Source: an uncultured Methanomassiliicoccales archaeon
Lineage (GTDB): Archaea > Thermoplasmatota > Thermoplasmata > Methanomassiliicoccales > UBA472
Assembly: GCA_963695345.1 (NCBI GenBank)
Contig: OY968769.1
Coordinates: 1,056,001-1,120,000 of the forward strand
DNA length: 64,000 bases
Direction of reading: 5' to 3'
In this document: one piece after another, positions 49,312 to 61,222 of the stretch
Position numbering within the stretch: the first letter of the stretch is position 1
Layout: every line of letters begins with the position of its first letter
The notes under the pieces: model-generated
The model's input: only the letters and a program-made list of their open reading frames with translations
Databases searched by the model: none
Told to the model about the DNA's origin: nothing
Position numbers and translations under genes: made by a program

Positions 49312-49455
49312 TTCGTGCCGCTAATCGATAGGGGATGATATAATGTTGAGGCCTAGGTCCGGGTAATGAGCATGTCGGGAACGCCGCCAATCCTTGGATC
49401 GACCTAGGATAACCGCTTGCCAATTATTATCAATTGGCCAGCGCATGGAATATAC

Positions 49456-50031
49456 ATGGTGCATTGGAGGAGCGCCGGCCTGCTCATGCTCTTGGGGGCA
49501 CTGGAACTTTTGTTCCTGGAGCACCTGGCCGAGATCCTATACCCGGGCTACAGCGTCTCACAGAACTTCATTAGCGACCTCGGGGTCGGACCGGAGCCGA
49601 GCCGGACGATATTCACCGTCGGATTGCTCGTCTTTGGTGTGCTGATAATGACCTCGGTGTATATCCGGGGCGGTCCCGCATGGGAAGTCCCGATACTCAT
49701 CGCATTGGCCGGCGCAGGAACCATAGGTGTGGCGATCTTCAACGAGAATTGGGGGGATATCCACCTCATCTTCGCCGCCATCGCCTTCGGCATGGGTTGC
49801 CTGGCGGCGTTGGTCTCTTCCATAACCATAAAAGGACCGCTCTCGATCGTTTTCGCATCCCTGGGCATCGTCGGGCTGGCGGCGCTGATATTGCAAGGAA
49901 CGAAGAACTTCATGGGCTTGGGGGTGGGAGGGATGGAGAGGATGATCTACTATCCCTCGATGTTCTGGATATTGGCATACGGTGTCTACTTGATGTCGAT
50001 CGAAAGATGCACTAAAGATGCTTCAAACTGA
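49456..50031 (+). CDS. DUF998 membrane protein, copy A
   Basis: AEILYPGYSVSQNFISDLG and LGVGGMER motifs. Confidence 0.82.
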   Translation: MVHWRSAGLLMLLGALELLFLEHLAEILYPGYSVSQNFISDLGVGPEPSRTIFTVGLLVFGVLIMTSVYIRGGPAWEVPILIALAGAGTIGVAIFNENWGDIHLIFAAIAFGMGCLAALVSSITIKGPLSIVFASLGIVGLAALILQGTKNFMGLGVGGMERMIYYPSMFWILAYGVYLMSIERCTKDASN

Positions 50032-50245
50032 TTCGGCAAGAGGCTTGAAGCCTTCCAGCCACACTTTCCTGACCAGTCCTCCGCCGATGCGGATATCATA
50101 CCAACACAGAGGACCTGGAACCCATGGATACCGATTCTTGCCCGGGAAATCACCATGATCTGCCGCACATGATCGATGAGGGATGGTCTCTAAAAGCCCG
50201 TGCAGGGCAATCTCATTATAGCAGTGCCATCAATCTTAACCAGCG

Positions 50246-50824
50246 ATGTTCAATTGGAAGAAGCCTGGCCTGTTCCTAATGATGGGTGGTTTGGAAGCCT
50301 TGTTCCTGGTTCATCTGGCGGAGATAACCTACCCGAACTACAGCGTCTCCGGTAACGTACTGAGCGATCTGGGGGTTGGGCCGGACCCGGCAAGGACGCT
50401 GTTCACCATCGCGGTGATCGCGCTTGGGGCACTGGCACTGGCGGCCGCCTGGGCCATGCTGCAGGAAAAGCCGCGCTCCCTCTTGCCCGCACTGACCATT
50501 GTCTCCGCCATAGGGGCCATTGGAGTCGGGGTATTCAATGAACATTCTGGACCGATCCATTACATATCTGCCGGCATGGCTTTTGGCTTCGGCAACCTGG
50601 CAGCGGTTTACACATACCGATCCACAAAGGCACCGGTATCCTACATCTGCCTCCTCCTGGGGATCATCGGGCTGGCTGCGTTGCTTATAATCCCTACAGG
50701 CCAAACACTTGGCCTGGGCAAGGGCGGGATAGAGCGCATGACTTTCTACCCCGTGGCATTCTGGACCACGGCGTTCGGCGCTTACATGACCGCCAAAGGC
50801 GACTGGTCCTCCTGCAAGGGATAG
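50246..50824 (+). CDS. DUF998 membrane protein, copy B
   Basis: AEITYPNYSVSGNVLSDLG and LGKGGIER motifs. Confidence 0.82.
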   Translation: MFNWKKPGLFLMMGGLEALFLVHLAEITYPNYSVSGNVLSDLGVGPDPARTLFTIAVIALGALALAAAWAMLQEKPRSLLPALTIVSAIGAIGVGVFNEHSGPIHYISAGMAFGFGNLAAVYTYRSTKAPVSYICLLLGIIGLAALLIIPTGQTLGLGKGGIERMTFYPVAFWTTAFGAYMTAKGDWSSCKG

Positions 50825-51246
50825 TGAAACAATCCTGCAATGGCAACATGACTGGCGGTCCGATCCCACCCCCGCATGGAAGGCCTGCGAGAACGGGATT
50901 GATACGTTCGAAGAGATCGCTTCGATATCGCGAATTGCCCGAACCAAACCAGATGTTAGATCAAGGATCCCGGGCTAGGCATCGGATGTTGGCTACTCCA
51001 AGAGCGCCCTATGTCGATCTTGATGACCGTCTGATATCCATGTGTGGAAAGGCGTTCAACATCTTCTCATACTAAGGGAAAATGGTATCTACCCAAATGA
51101 CAATTCCAGAATTGGTCTTGTACCAGGAGGTTCCCGGAATGATGTCAGCCACTTCTATTTCAGCCGCACCGGGGACCGCGTGATCGTTTCGTTCCCGATC
51201 GGGCTATTCTGCCAGCTTTTGAACGCAACAGTAAGATTCACAGAAA

Positions 51247-51987
51247 ATGCCAAACGATCCGTATCTTGACGCCAGCGTCGCGTGGCGCATCAAGACAGGT
51301 AACCTAGAGTTCCGCGAAGCGAATTTCAGAACGACCTCCCAGAATATCATCGAATCAGGGCTGGCCACGGAGGTGAAAGGCCTGATCAGCGCTGGAAAGG
51401 AAGCAGACGTCTACCTAGCCAGTTACAAGAATTCGCCGATCGCGGTGAAAGTATACCGGCTCTACCGGACCTCACACAGGGGAGGAAGACCGATCAAGCT
51501 CGATTCCGCTAGTTGGCTGGCGGGGCATGAGTTCGACATGCTGTACCAGGCATGGAAAGGTGGTGCCCTTGTCCCCACGCCGGCCAAGCGGTTGGAGAAC
51601 ATGCTTTCAATGCGTTATCTGGGGGACGAGAATGGGAATGCCCCGAGGCTGGTGGATGCCCAAATCGATGATCCCGCGTCCTTCAAGGTCTCGGTGCTGC
51701 AGGGAATAGAATCACTAGCCAAGGCCGGGATAGTCCATTCGGATCTGAGTCCATACAATGTCCTGGTTTTCAAAGGTAGACCTTGGCTCATCGATCTATC
51801 GGAGGCAATAAGGGTGGACCGACTTGGCTATTCTCATTGGCAACGTCTCGATAAGGCCAAACGAGCAATGGAACATGGTGTAGGTACGATAGATGACCAT
51901 TTCAGCAGGCGTGGGGTGAAGAAGGTTGACCTGGATTTCGTTGAACGGATCATCTCCTCATTGGATAGGTTTGGGGTGAGGGGGTGA
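51247..51987 (+). CDS. RIO1-family atypical kinase
   Basis: SAGKEADVY, AVKVYR, VHSDLSPYNVL and IDLSEA motifs. Confidence 0.85.
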   Translation: MPNDPYLDASVAWRIKTGNLEFREANFRTTSQNIIESGLATEVKGLISAGKEADVYLASYKNSPIAVKVYRLYRTSHRGGRPIKLDSASWLAGHEFDMLYQAWKGGALVPTPAKRLENMLSMRYLGDENGNAPRLVDAQIDDPASFKVSVLQGIESLAKAGIVHSDLSPYNVLVFKGRPWLIDLSEAIRVDRLGYSHWQRLDKAKRAMEHGVGTIDDHFSRRGVKKVDLDFVERIISSLDRFGVRG

Positions 51988-52014
51988 AACGGCCATTCAT
52001 CGCCTCTCTTTCCA

Positions 52015-52971
52015 TTACATCAACCTGAGTTTGATGTCCAGGTGCCGTGACAGGTTCTCCAGGTCTTGCACCACATAGTAAAAGGCCATCCAGGAGAACT
52101 TTCCCCATCGGCGGATGCCTTCTTTCTTGATTAGCTGCAATTCCTTATTCTTATCAGTCGGCTCCCTGCCGAAGAACAGCAACCCGAACACGTCCGCCGA
52201 CCACACATCGATGGGGAACCCACCATTGGGATTGATGATGTCTGCAGAATAGTCACCGATGCCAGGAAGCTCGAGGAGTATCCTCTTCGCCTCCTCCGGG
52301 GACAGCCCCTCCAGTTCCTCGACGCTGGGGAAGCCTTCGTCCTCGATCTTCTTGGCGAGCTTCACCATGTGCTTGGCACGGTACCCCATGTTGCAGGTCT
52401 TTGCCAGCGCCTCCGACGTCACCGATGCCAAAGAGCTTGGTCGGGGCCAGGTTCTGACCATCCGTCCATCGAACTCAGCCAGGTCTCCGTATGTATTCAT
52501 GAGGCAGCCCATCATCTGGTTGCTCCGGGCTATGGTGGTCATCTGCAGGGTTATGGCCAGGACGGCGTCGGGAAAGATCGTGCTGGACACTGTATTATGC
52601 ATCCCTCTGAGGTCGACCACCGCATGCCTGAGGATGTCGTCCGCCTCCGCCATGGCATAGAACTCGGCAAGGTCCTGATCCGCCCCAATGCTCCTGGTCA
52701 ACGACCTGTTGATCGACCTGAGCTGAACGGCGTTCGGCCTATGCTCAAGATAGACCTCGGCCATTACCCGCGGTTCGTCGATATTGCCTATCGAGCCCAG
52801 CTTGATCCCGACCACCATTCCATCGATGTGGGTGGCGGTCCACAGCGTCCCGGCCTCGAATATCTCTGAGGGAGTGAACAGAGGCCATCCCGCAGGCTTC
52901 CTGATCGTCAGGTGGAAATCATAAGGGCGTTTCGGAATGATCTCGGATGTGAAGGCAGGGATCAACTTCAT
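52015..52971 (-). CDS. HhH-GPD family DNA glycosylase-like protein
   Basis: MGYRAK, LLELPGIGDYSA and FPIDVW motifs. Confidence 0.8.
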   Translation of the reverse strand: MKLIPAFTSEIIPKRPYDFHLTIRKPAGWPLFTPSEIFEAGTLWTATHIDGMVVGIKLGSIGNIDEPRVMAEVYLEHRPNAVQLRSINRSLTRSIGADQDLAEFYAMAEADDILRHAVVDLRGMHNTVSSTIFPDAVLAITLQMTTIARSNQMMGCLMNTYGDLAEFDGRMVRTWPRPSSLASVTSEALAKTCNMGYRAKHMVKLAKKIEDEGFPSVEELEGLSPEEAKRILLELPGIGDYSADIINPNGGFPIDVWSADVFGLLFFGREPTDKNKELQLIKKEGIRRWGKFSWMAFYYVVQDLENLSRHLDIKLRLM

Positions 52972-53346
52972 TCAGGACACCTAGTCATTGCTAAAAGCAG
53001 AACACCTTCCATTTAACGCCTACCATGGATCACACAAACGAATCATTGTCAACTGCCTGTCATTCATGATCTCGGTCAAGGAAATGATTGCGTGGATTGG
53101 AAAAGAGAAGTGAATGAAGTTAGATGGAGGAATTGGTAGCGTGGTTACACTAACGGAGGTCCATCGCTGACGCGAGGATATGCCTGACGAAGAACGAGCA
53201 GGGGATCGATCCGACGTCAATGGAACGCCACCGTATCCTAATTGGGACTGCGGATTGGGTCAAGGACCGGTTCCGAAGATGTCTTCACCACAAGGAGCGG
53301 GAACTCCAAGGGGAACAACAACGACCCTCGTCCAGGCCTGACCGAT

Positions 53347-54027
53347 TCATGTCTGGCCGCCGTATCGAATGATCCGGACGGCTTCCTCCTCATCGACGTC
53401 ATACCAGTTACGATAAGCATCGGCGACGGCGAACGGCATCCCGCGGATATTGAGGCAGACGACCTCGTCGGCCTCCCTTGCGACCATTTCCACGGACCGG
53501 TCCGAACCGGTCGGAACGGCCACAACGATCGATGACGGATTCTCCGTTCTGACCTTTCGGATCGCCGCTAGCATGGTGTATCCTGAAGCCAGACCATCAT
53601 CGACCAGTATCACTTTTCTGCCTTTGAGAGAAGGCAGGGAACGGCCTTTGCGGAGCGCATGCTCCCGCGACCGACCTTCCCTGAACGCGCCCTCCTTGGC
53701 TTTCTCCATCTGCTGCCTGGTCAGCGCCAACTCGGCAACCAGATCGTTGTTCAAGACCATGTCACCATCCAGTGAGATGGCGCCGAAGCCCGCTTCCGGG
53801 TTCAAAGGGGTCTGCAACTTTCGCACGATTATGATATCCAAGGCGGCTCCCAGACCTTTTGCGATCTCCACCGCCACGGGAAGACCTCCTGAGGGTATCG
53901 CCAGAACAATCAGGTCCTTGCCTCGGTATCCCTCGAGATGTTTCAGCAGCTCCCTTCCCGCCTCAGCACGGTCCCTGAACACGTAGCGCCTCTGCCTGAG
54001 CTGCTTGTCCTCGACGATGGAGCCCAT
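53347..54027 (-). CDS. Phosphoribosyltransferase family protein
   Basis: FRDRAEAGREL, PSGGLPV and ILVDDGLASGYT motifs. Confidence 0.88.
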   Translation of the reverse strand: MGSIVEDKQLRQRRYVFRDRAEAGRELLKHLEGYRGKDLIVLAIPSGGLPVAVEIAKGLGAALDIIIVRKLQTPLNPEAGFGAISLDGDMVLNNDLVAELALTRQQMEKAKEGAFREGRSREHALRKGRSLPSLKGRKVILVDDGLASGYTMLAAIRKVRTENPSSIVVAVPTGSDRSVEMVAREADEVVCLNIRGMPFAVADAYRNWYDVDEEEAVRIIRYGGQT

Positions 54028-54084
54028 GGAACGACCACCGACGTTGAGTCGTCAAGGAGGACTAAAATGGTTTGCATTTAAACG

Positions 54085-55476
54085 CTACCAGAGGAGCAAG
54101 CCCCAGAACCTCAACCCGAAGAGCAGTCCCATGACCATCACCGCTCCGGCGAACCCGGCCCTTATCATGGAGGCGTTGCTTGTGAAACCTTTGGTGAGGC
54201 GGTTCCTGACCTCACCGGAAACAGCGCAGGATGGAATGACCACGATCCCGTGCGCCAACCCGAAAACGAACAACAGCAATCCGCTCTCCAGTGCAGGGAC
54301 CCCTAGAGCGAGTATTAGAAGGACCATCGGGAAGACCAGAGAAAGTGCGCAGGGGGCCCAGCCGATGGAGAACAGGACCCCGAGGAAAAATCCGGCCAAA
54401 AGCCTTGAGCGCTCCTTGAGCCGTTTGATAATCAGACCACCCTTGTGCCAGACGCCGACCTGGGAGACGCTGCCGCAGGAAGGCCCTTCGTCCTCGTTCC
54501 GGGTCTTCGGGATCAAGGTCTTTAGCGGCCAAACACTGTTCACACCAAGCAAGACCAGCACCCCTCCTGAAAGGAGATAGAAAAGTGGGGAGTATGTCAG
54601 GAATCCTCCGAGATAACCGATCAACAGTCCCAACAGCAGGAAAACCACTGACATCCCCAGGGTGAAGGCCGCACCTGTGCCGATGTTCTCCATCAGCTCC
54701 CTTCTGGGGTTCACAACGGCCGACTTTCCTCCAGATGAGCCGATATACATCATCATCGTGAACAGCAGGGCCAATGAGCAGGGCGAGAATGACGTTAGGA
54801 TGCCCAGGCCGATGACGCTTGTCAGGCCAAGGGCGGTCTCGGAGGTTGTGCCCAACATCGTGTCGCCTAAGGCTCCGGACGCTATCGTTTCCGACACGGA
54901 CACCAATCTATCGGCGCTCTGGATCCCGTCCAACACGCCTCTTCCCACGACGTAGACATGGAAAGCGGCCGCGACATTCTGTTCGCCGTCGATGATGAGC
55001 ACCGTGGGGTCCGAGAATGCCCCGTTGACCTGCCAATAGTCCAGGTAGTCCTTGCCGATGGGATACGGATCGAATTCCTCGACCCAAAGCCACGTGACAT
55101 CGATGCCGTAGTCATTTTGCGCCATCGCCCATCCCGGTTCTGAACTGGGTGCTTTCCTCAGGTTCAAAGTGACCACGACAATGCCGGGATCCGCCCTGCC
55201 GGACAGCCCCTTGATCTCGTTAAGCTCTCCGATGATGGAGCTCTCGCATTCCAGGCACAAAGGGTTCTCCATCTGGGTTATGTGCAGGACAACGATCTTG
55301 CCCCTGAAATCAGATAGCGAGAAGCTCTGGCCCTCCTGGTCAATGGCGACGAAATCCGCTGCCGGCCGTATCTTCTCGGCAGCCTGGGTCTGGACGCCGA
55401 AGGTGAGGAACATCATCGTCAGGGCTATCATGAAAACAGCAACGACCACGATGGCCCTGCGGAACCGAGAGGTCAT
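54085..55476 (-). CDS. Redoxin (CxxC) domain fused to CcdA-type disulfide transporter
   Basis: N-terminal TM, FSLSDFRGK and CLEC; C-terminal TM region with FSPC and WAPC. Confidence 0.8.
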   Translation of the reverse strand: MTSRFRRAIVVVAVFMIALTMMFLTFGVQTQAAEKIRPAADFVAIDQEGQSFSLSDFRGKIVVLHITQMENPLCLECESSIIGELNEIKGLSGRADPGIVVVTLNLRKAPSSEPGWAMAQNDYGIDVTWLWVEEFDPYPIGKDYLDYWQVNGAFSDPTVLIIDGEQNVAAAFHVYVVGRGVLDGIQSADRLVSVSETIASGALGDTMLGTTSETALGLTSVIGLGILTSFSPCSLALLFTMMMYIGSSGGKSAVVNPRRELMENIGTGAAFTLGMSVVFLLLGLLIGYLGGFLTYSPLFYLLSGGVLVLLGVNSVWPLKTLIPKTRNEDEGPSCGSVSQVGVWHKGGLIIKRLKERSRLLAGFFLGVLFSIGWAPCALSLVFPMVLLILALGVPALESGLLLFVFGLAHGIVVIPSCAVSGEVRNRLTKGFTSNASMIRAGFAGAVMVMGLLFGLRFWGLLLW

Positions 55477-55484
55477 GTCCGTCC

Positions 55485-56137
55485 TCAGGTACCGTTCGCA
55501 TGGTGCGCTAAGGCGTCGTTGATCCAGCTCGCGAGGGAAGGCTGGTTGATGATCCCTTCCCAGCTATGCCAAAACGATCTGCGTGTTGCCGTCCGCGCCC
55601 CGAATCTGGTTGATCACCACGACCATGGGCACCAGGTGGGACCCCCCCGGATGGATCGTAGGCATTGAACGCCATTTTCAGGTACGCATCGTCCCGTCCT
55701 CCAAGCAGATCGAAATAGGTTATATTGCCGGTGTGCGACCGGTTCACATCAGCGCAGATCGGGTCCTGTACGGCACATGCCATGCAATCCTCGATATGGG
55801 CAAAGACCATGACTGGGCCATGTTCAAGGGCTGAGATCACCCATGAGGGATGGGGCACGGTGTTGTTCGAATCCCCTCTAGGTGTCGGATAGGTCAGCCA
55901 GAAATCGTTATCTCCGGAACCGATCTGACGATCGGTCATCGCAGCGAAATCTTAGGCCGCTGGGCTGTTCAGGATGGCGAAGGCTATCAAGGATGCCACG
56001 ATCAGTGCCGAAACCACGACCAATGACATGAGCCGATCGCCGCGGCTGGACAGTTTACCGCAGGCCGGACATCTGATTGCCGTGGGCAATATCGATGTCT
56101 CACACTTCCTGCACTTCTGATCAAGGTCCGTTGTCAT
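55485..56137 (-). pseudogene. Zinc ribbon, TM and thioredoxin-like (CMAC) protein broken by an in-frame TAA and frameshifts
   Basis: ORFs 55952-56137 and 55508-55939 share a frame across TAA; C-terminal W..WEG...SWINDAL lies in another frame. Confidence 0.55.
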
Positions 56138-56420
56138 GACTCGTCTCCCAACCTACTTCGCAATCGATGGATCGATATTGAAGGTCAAGAAGATTCTGCA
56201 TATATCAATCGATAAGTCCGATCGAGAGCGTCGCAGAGTGGATGATGTTGTGTTACGATCACTCGGAAGACCATCAGCGGCGTCAATACCGAACCCCCAC
56301 AAGCGATATTAACCCGTTGCTCACACTGATATTTCAGGCAATCGTCTGGCCCATGGCGTGGATACGGCGCCTGATGAGCAGCGGATGTTCCGAGATAGTG
56401 GCCATGATGTTGCCTGAGGG

Positions 56421-56717
56421 ATGCAGATGGACGAGTTCGAAGAATCAATGGCCGCCTTGGCCAGAATGAGCGATGACGACAAGAAAAAAATTGAAAGCCA
56501 AAACCGGGAGCTGTGCAACTGCCCAACCTGCCCGACCTATGCCGATTGCGCCAAGAAGAAGAAGGAACTGGTGTTCTGTTTCGGAGGCAAGAGCAGCTGC
56601 ATAATCACCTCAAAGGGATGCCATTGTCCGGGATGCCGGGTAAAGGCCAACTTCGGATTGACCAACATCTATTACTGCCTGAACGGCACCGAATCGGATA
56701 TAAGGAAAGGAGAATGA
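56421..56717 (+). CDS. DUF2769 Cys-rich protein
   Basis: CNCPTCPTY..C, VFC..GKSSC...GCHCPGC and YYC motifs. Confidence 0.8.
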   Translation: MQMDEFEESMAALARMSDDDKKKIESQNRELCNCPTCPTYADCAKKKKELVFCFGGKSSCIITSKGCHCPGCRVKANFGLTNIYYCLNGTESDIRKGE

Positions 56718-56805
56718 ACGGCTGGGCCATTCAACCGCAAGTTGGCCATGGCCGTCCAGTCTCAGGGGCATATTGAAAGGGTAAAGGGTTTTCGTTCCTC
56801 GGAGA

Positions 56806-59159
<2,354 letters not shown>

Positions 59160-59162
59160 ACC

Positions 59163-59181
59163 CTGACTGACCGTCAGTCAG
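59163..59181. promoter_or_regulatory. Probable TetR operator
   Basis: Perfect inverted repeat CTGACTGAC-C-GTCAGTCAG between the TATA-like element and the tetR start. Confidence 0.75.
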
Positions 59182-59358
59182 TAAACTAAGATACATATTT
59201 ATTTCTTTTGTAATGAGGACATTAAGGCAATTTGGGTTCCATCTATCCAGATCTAGATGGCGTCACCGAGGATTATCCCATATGTTCAATGCGAATAGAG
59301 ATTCAAAAAAATGAAATGACCGGGAGGGATTCGCCTCCAGCGGTGTAAATGGTTCCTC

Positions 59359-59907
59359 TTACAGCAGCAGACCGGCGGCCTTCAACTCTTCGGTGATCTT
59401 GTCGACCGCGGCTTCGACGTCCTGCGGTCTCCTCGCACCGGTACAGACCAGTTTTCCGGACCCGAACAGCAGCAATACCACCTTTGGCTCGTCCAGGCGG
59501 TAGACCAAGCCCGGGAACTGCTCTGGCTCGTATTCGACACGTTCCAACCCCAGGGTGATGGCGATCACGTTCAGGTTGATCTTCTGCCCTAGGTCGGACG
59601 AGGCGACGATGTTCTGGACCTCGATCTTAGGCTCGCTGTCCAAGTTGATCCCTGCCTTGCGGATCTGGGTCGTCACCTTGTCTATGGCCAGTTTTACCTG
59701 GTCCAGGCTCTTTGCCCCCGTGCATACGACCTTACCACTGCGGAAAAGCAGTGTGGCCGTCTTGGGTTCTTTCAAGCGGTAGATGAGACCGGGGAACTGT
59801 TCCGGTTCATAGTCCGCGCCGTCCAATGAGACCGCCAGCGCTTGCAGGTCCAACTCGGTTCCGAGCGAGGCGGAGGCTACCACATTCTCTATCTTGTATT
59901 TGGAAAT
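59359..59907 (-). CDS. tbp: TATA-box binding protein; probable start at ATT 59907
   Basis: Two repeats NVVAS/NIVAS...YEPEQFPGL.YR..EPK...LF.SGK.VCTGA; conserved KYKIEN lies upstream of the first GTG. Confidence 0.95.
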   Translation of the reverse strand: MSKYKIENVVASASLGTELDLQALAVSLDGADYEPEQFPGLIYRLKEPKTATLLFRSGKVVCTGAKSLDQVKLAIDKVTTQIRKAGINLDSEPKIEVQNIVASSDLGQKINLNVIAITLGLERVEYEPEQFPGLVYRLDEPKVVLLLFGSGKLVCTGARRPQDVEAAVDKITEELKAAGLLL

Positions 59908-59926
59908 AGGAACACCTGACCAAGCC

Positions 59927-59949
59927 TAGTATATAACCTATATATACTA
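59927..59949. promoter_or_regulatory. Palindromic double TATA-like element upstream of tbp
   Basis: TAGTATATA-accta-TATATACTA; on the minus strand a BRE-like CAAAAG precedes TATATATA. Confidence 0.55.
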
Positions 59950-60097
59950 ACTTTTGCCCACTAATATGGGGTTTTAACGGCCTTAACCCCTAAACGAGGG
60001 TCGATTTCATGTCCTTAAGCACACAAGAATCCCGAGACTCTCACTTTCGCCCGACCGTCAAGAAAATACTTGTATCTCCCTTTTTCATCCTTTATTC

Positions 60098-60559
60098 ATG
60101 CCCACAGAAATCCGGATCAGCGAGCAGTTACCGATTACGATGCTTTCCATAAGGGAAAGGATCCAGAACATCGAGATAAAGTCCAAGATGGGAGAGATGT
60201 TCGGTCAACTTTGGATGTTCATGGAAAAGAACCATGTACAGGTGGCCGGTCCGCCTTTTGCCGTCTATCATGATTATGATCAGCAGACCTGCGACATGGA
60301 GTGTGGCTTCCCCACGGTCAAACCCGAGAAGGGCGAGGGAAACATAGTATCGTCGTCCGTTCCCGGTGGCAAATGCGTCATGGCTACCCATATTGGTCCC
60401 TATGAGAAGATCATGGAAACATACCAGTTGATCCAAGAATACATGCATAAAGAAGGGCTCAGACAGAAGAAGGTCATGTGGGAAAGATATCTCAACGATC
60501 CCGCCACGGTGAAGGATCAGAACGAGCTGGTAACGGAAATATACTGGCCCATTGAATGA
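60098..60559 (+). CDS. GyrI-like small-molecule-binding domain protein
   Basis: GPPFAVYH, HIGPYE, WERYLNDP and TEIYWP motifs. Confidence 0.88.
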   Translation: MPTEIRISEQLPITMLSIRERIQNIEIKSKMGEMFGQLWMFMEKNHVQVAGPPFAVYHDYDQQTCDMECGFPTVKPEKGEGNIVSSSVPGGKCVMATHIGPYEKIMETYQLIQEYMHKEGLRQKKVMWERYLNDPATVKDQNELVTEIYWPIE

Positions 60560-60781
60560 TATGAAGGCTCTCATATTCTAAGGAGGGTCGAGCACTCCGA
60601 TCCTGTTCCGGGACCAAGCGTTGGAACGGTTGAACCTCTAATTCGTTCCAAAGGATCATCAGGTTAAATGGTCGGCGTGAAGGTTGATGAGCTCAGGCCC
60701 ATGAGCATATGAAAAATCTGCTATCCGACAACGGATGTTGGCCAGGATCGATCCCGGGAGGGATGGTATAGGATGGTGCAT

Positions 60782-61111
60782 CTAGAATGGCCCATCGAGC
60801 GTTGGCAGGAACAACCCGGTTATGGATGCCAGGATCCAGATGAGAACCGCGATGACCAATCCCTTCACCCAGCCAATCTTGTACAGTGCCTTCAAGGCCA
60901 ATAGCCAGATGATCCCGCCCACCACCGCGGCCAAGAGACCACTTCCCAAGAACCAATAGGCCAGCGCATAGACCGTCATGCCGACCACCGCGGCCAACAT
61001 CGCCCGACCGATGCTTTCCCCTTCTCCCATTAACCTGGTGACGGCATAGATAATGACAGTTGTTACTAGGAGACCGACCAGAAAGATCACAATACTAGAT
61101 GTATCAACCAT
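60782..61111 (-). CDS. Small membrane protein
   Basis: Four hydrophobic segments; LYKIGW motif. Confidence 0.7.
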   Translation of the reverse strand: MVDTSSIVIFLVGLLVTTVIIYAVTRLMGEGESIGRAMLAAVVGMTVYALAYWFLGSGLLAAVVGGIIWLLALKALYKIGWVKGLVIAVLIWILASITGLFLPTLDGPF

Positions 61112-61222
61112 CACACCCAATCCTCAGATTAATGTATATTAAACCATGCATAGTTTTCGGTACAGGATGGACGTCCAAATCTTTTAACCCTCGCTGCACC
61201 AATGGCTATCCCCAGTGGTGAT

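Noticed and set aside
51082-51183. 33-codon ORF upstream of the RIO1-like kinase as a leader peptide
   Set aside because: No distinctive composition or attenuator structure; expected by chance
53181-53340. Short ORF MPDEERAG... between the glycosylase and PRTase genes
   Set aside because: Weak SD-like sequence only; no motif or paralog to support it
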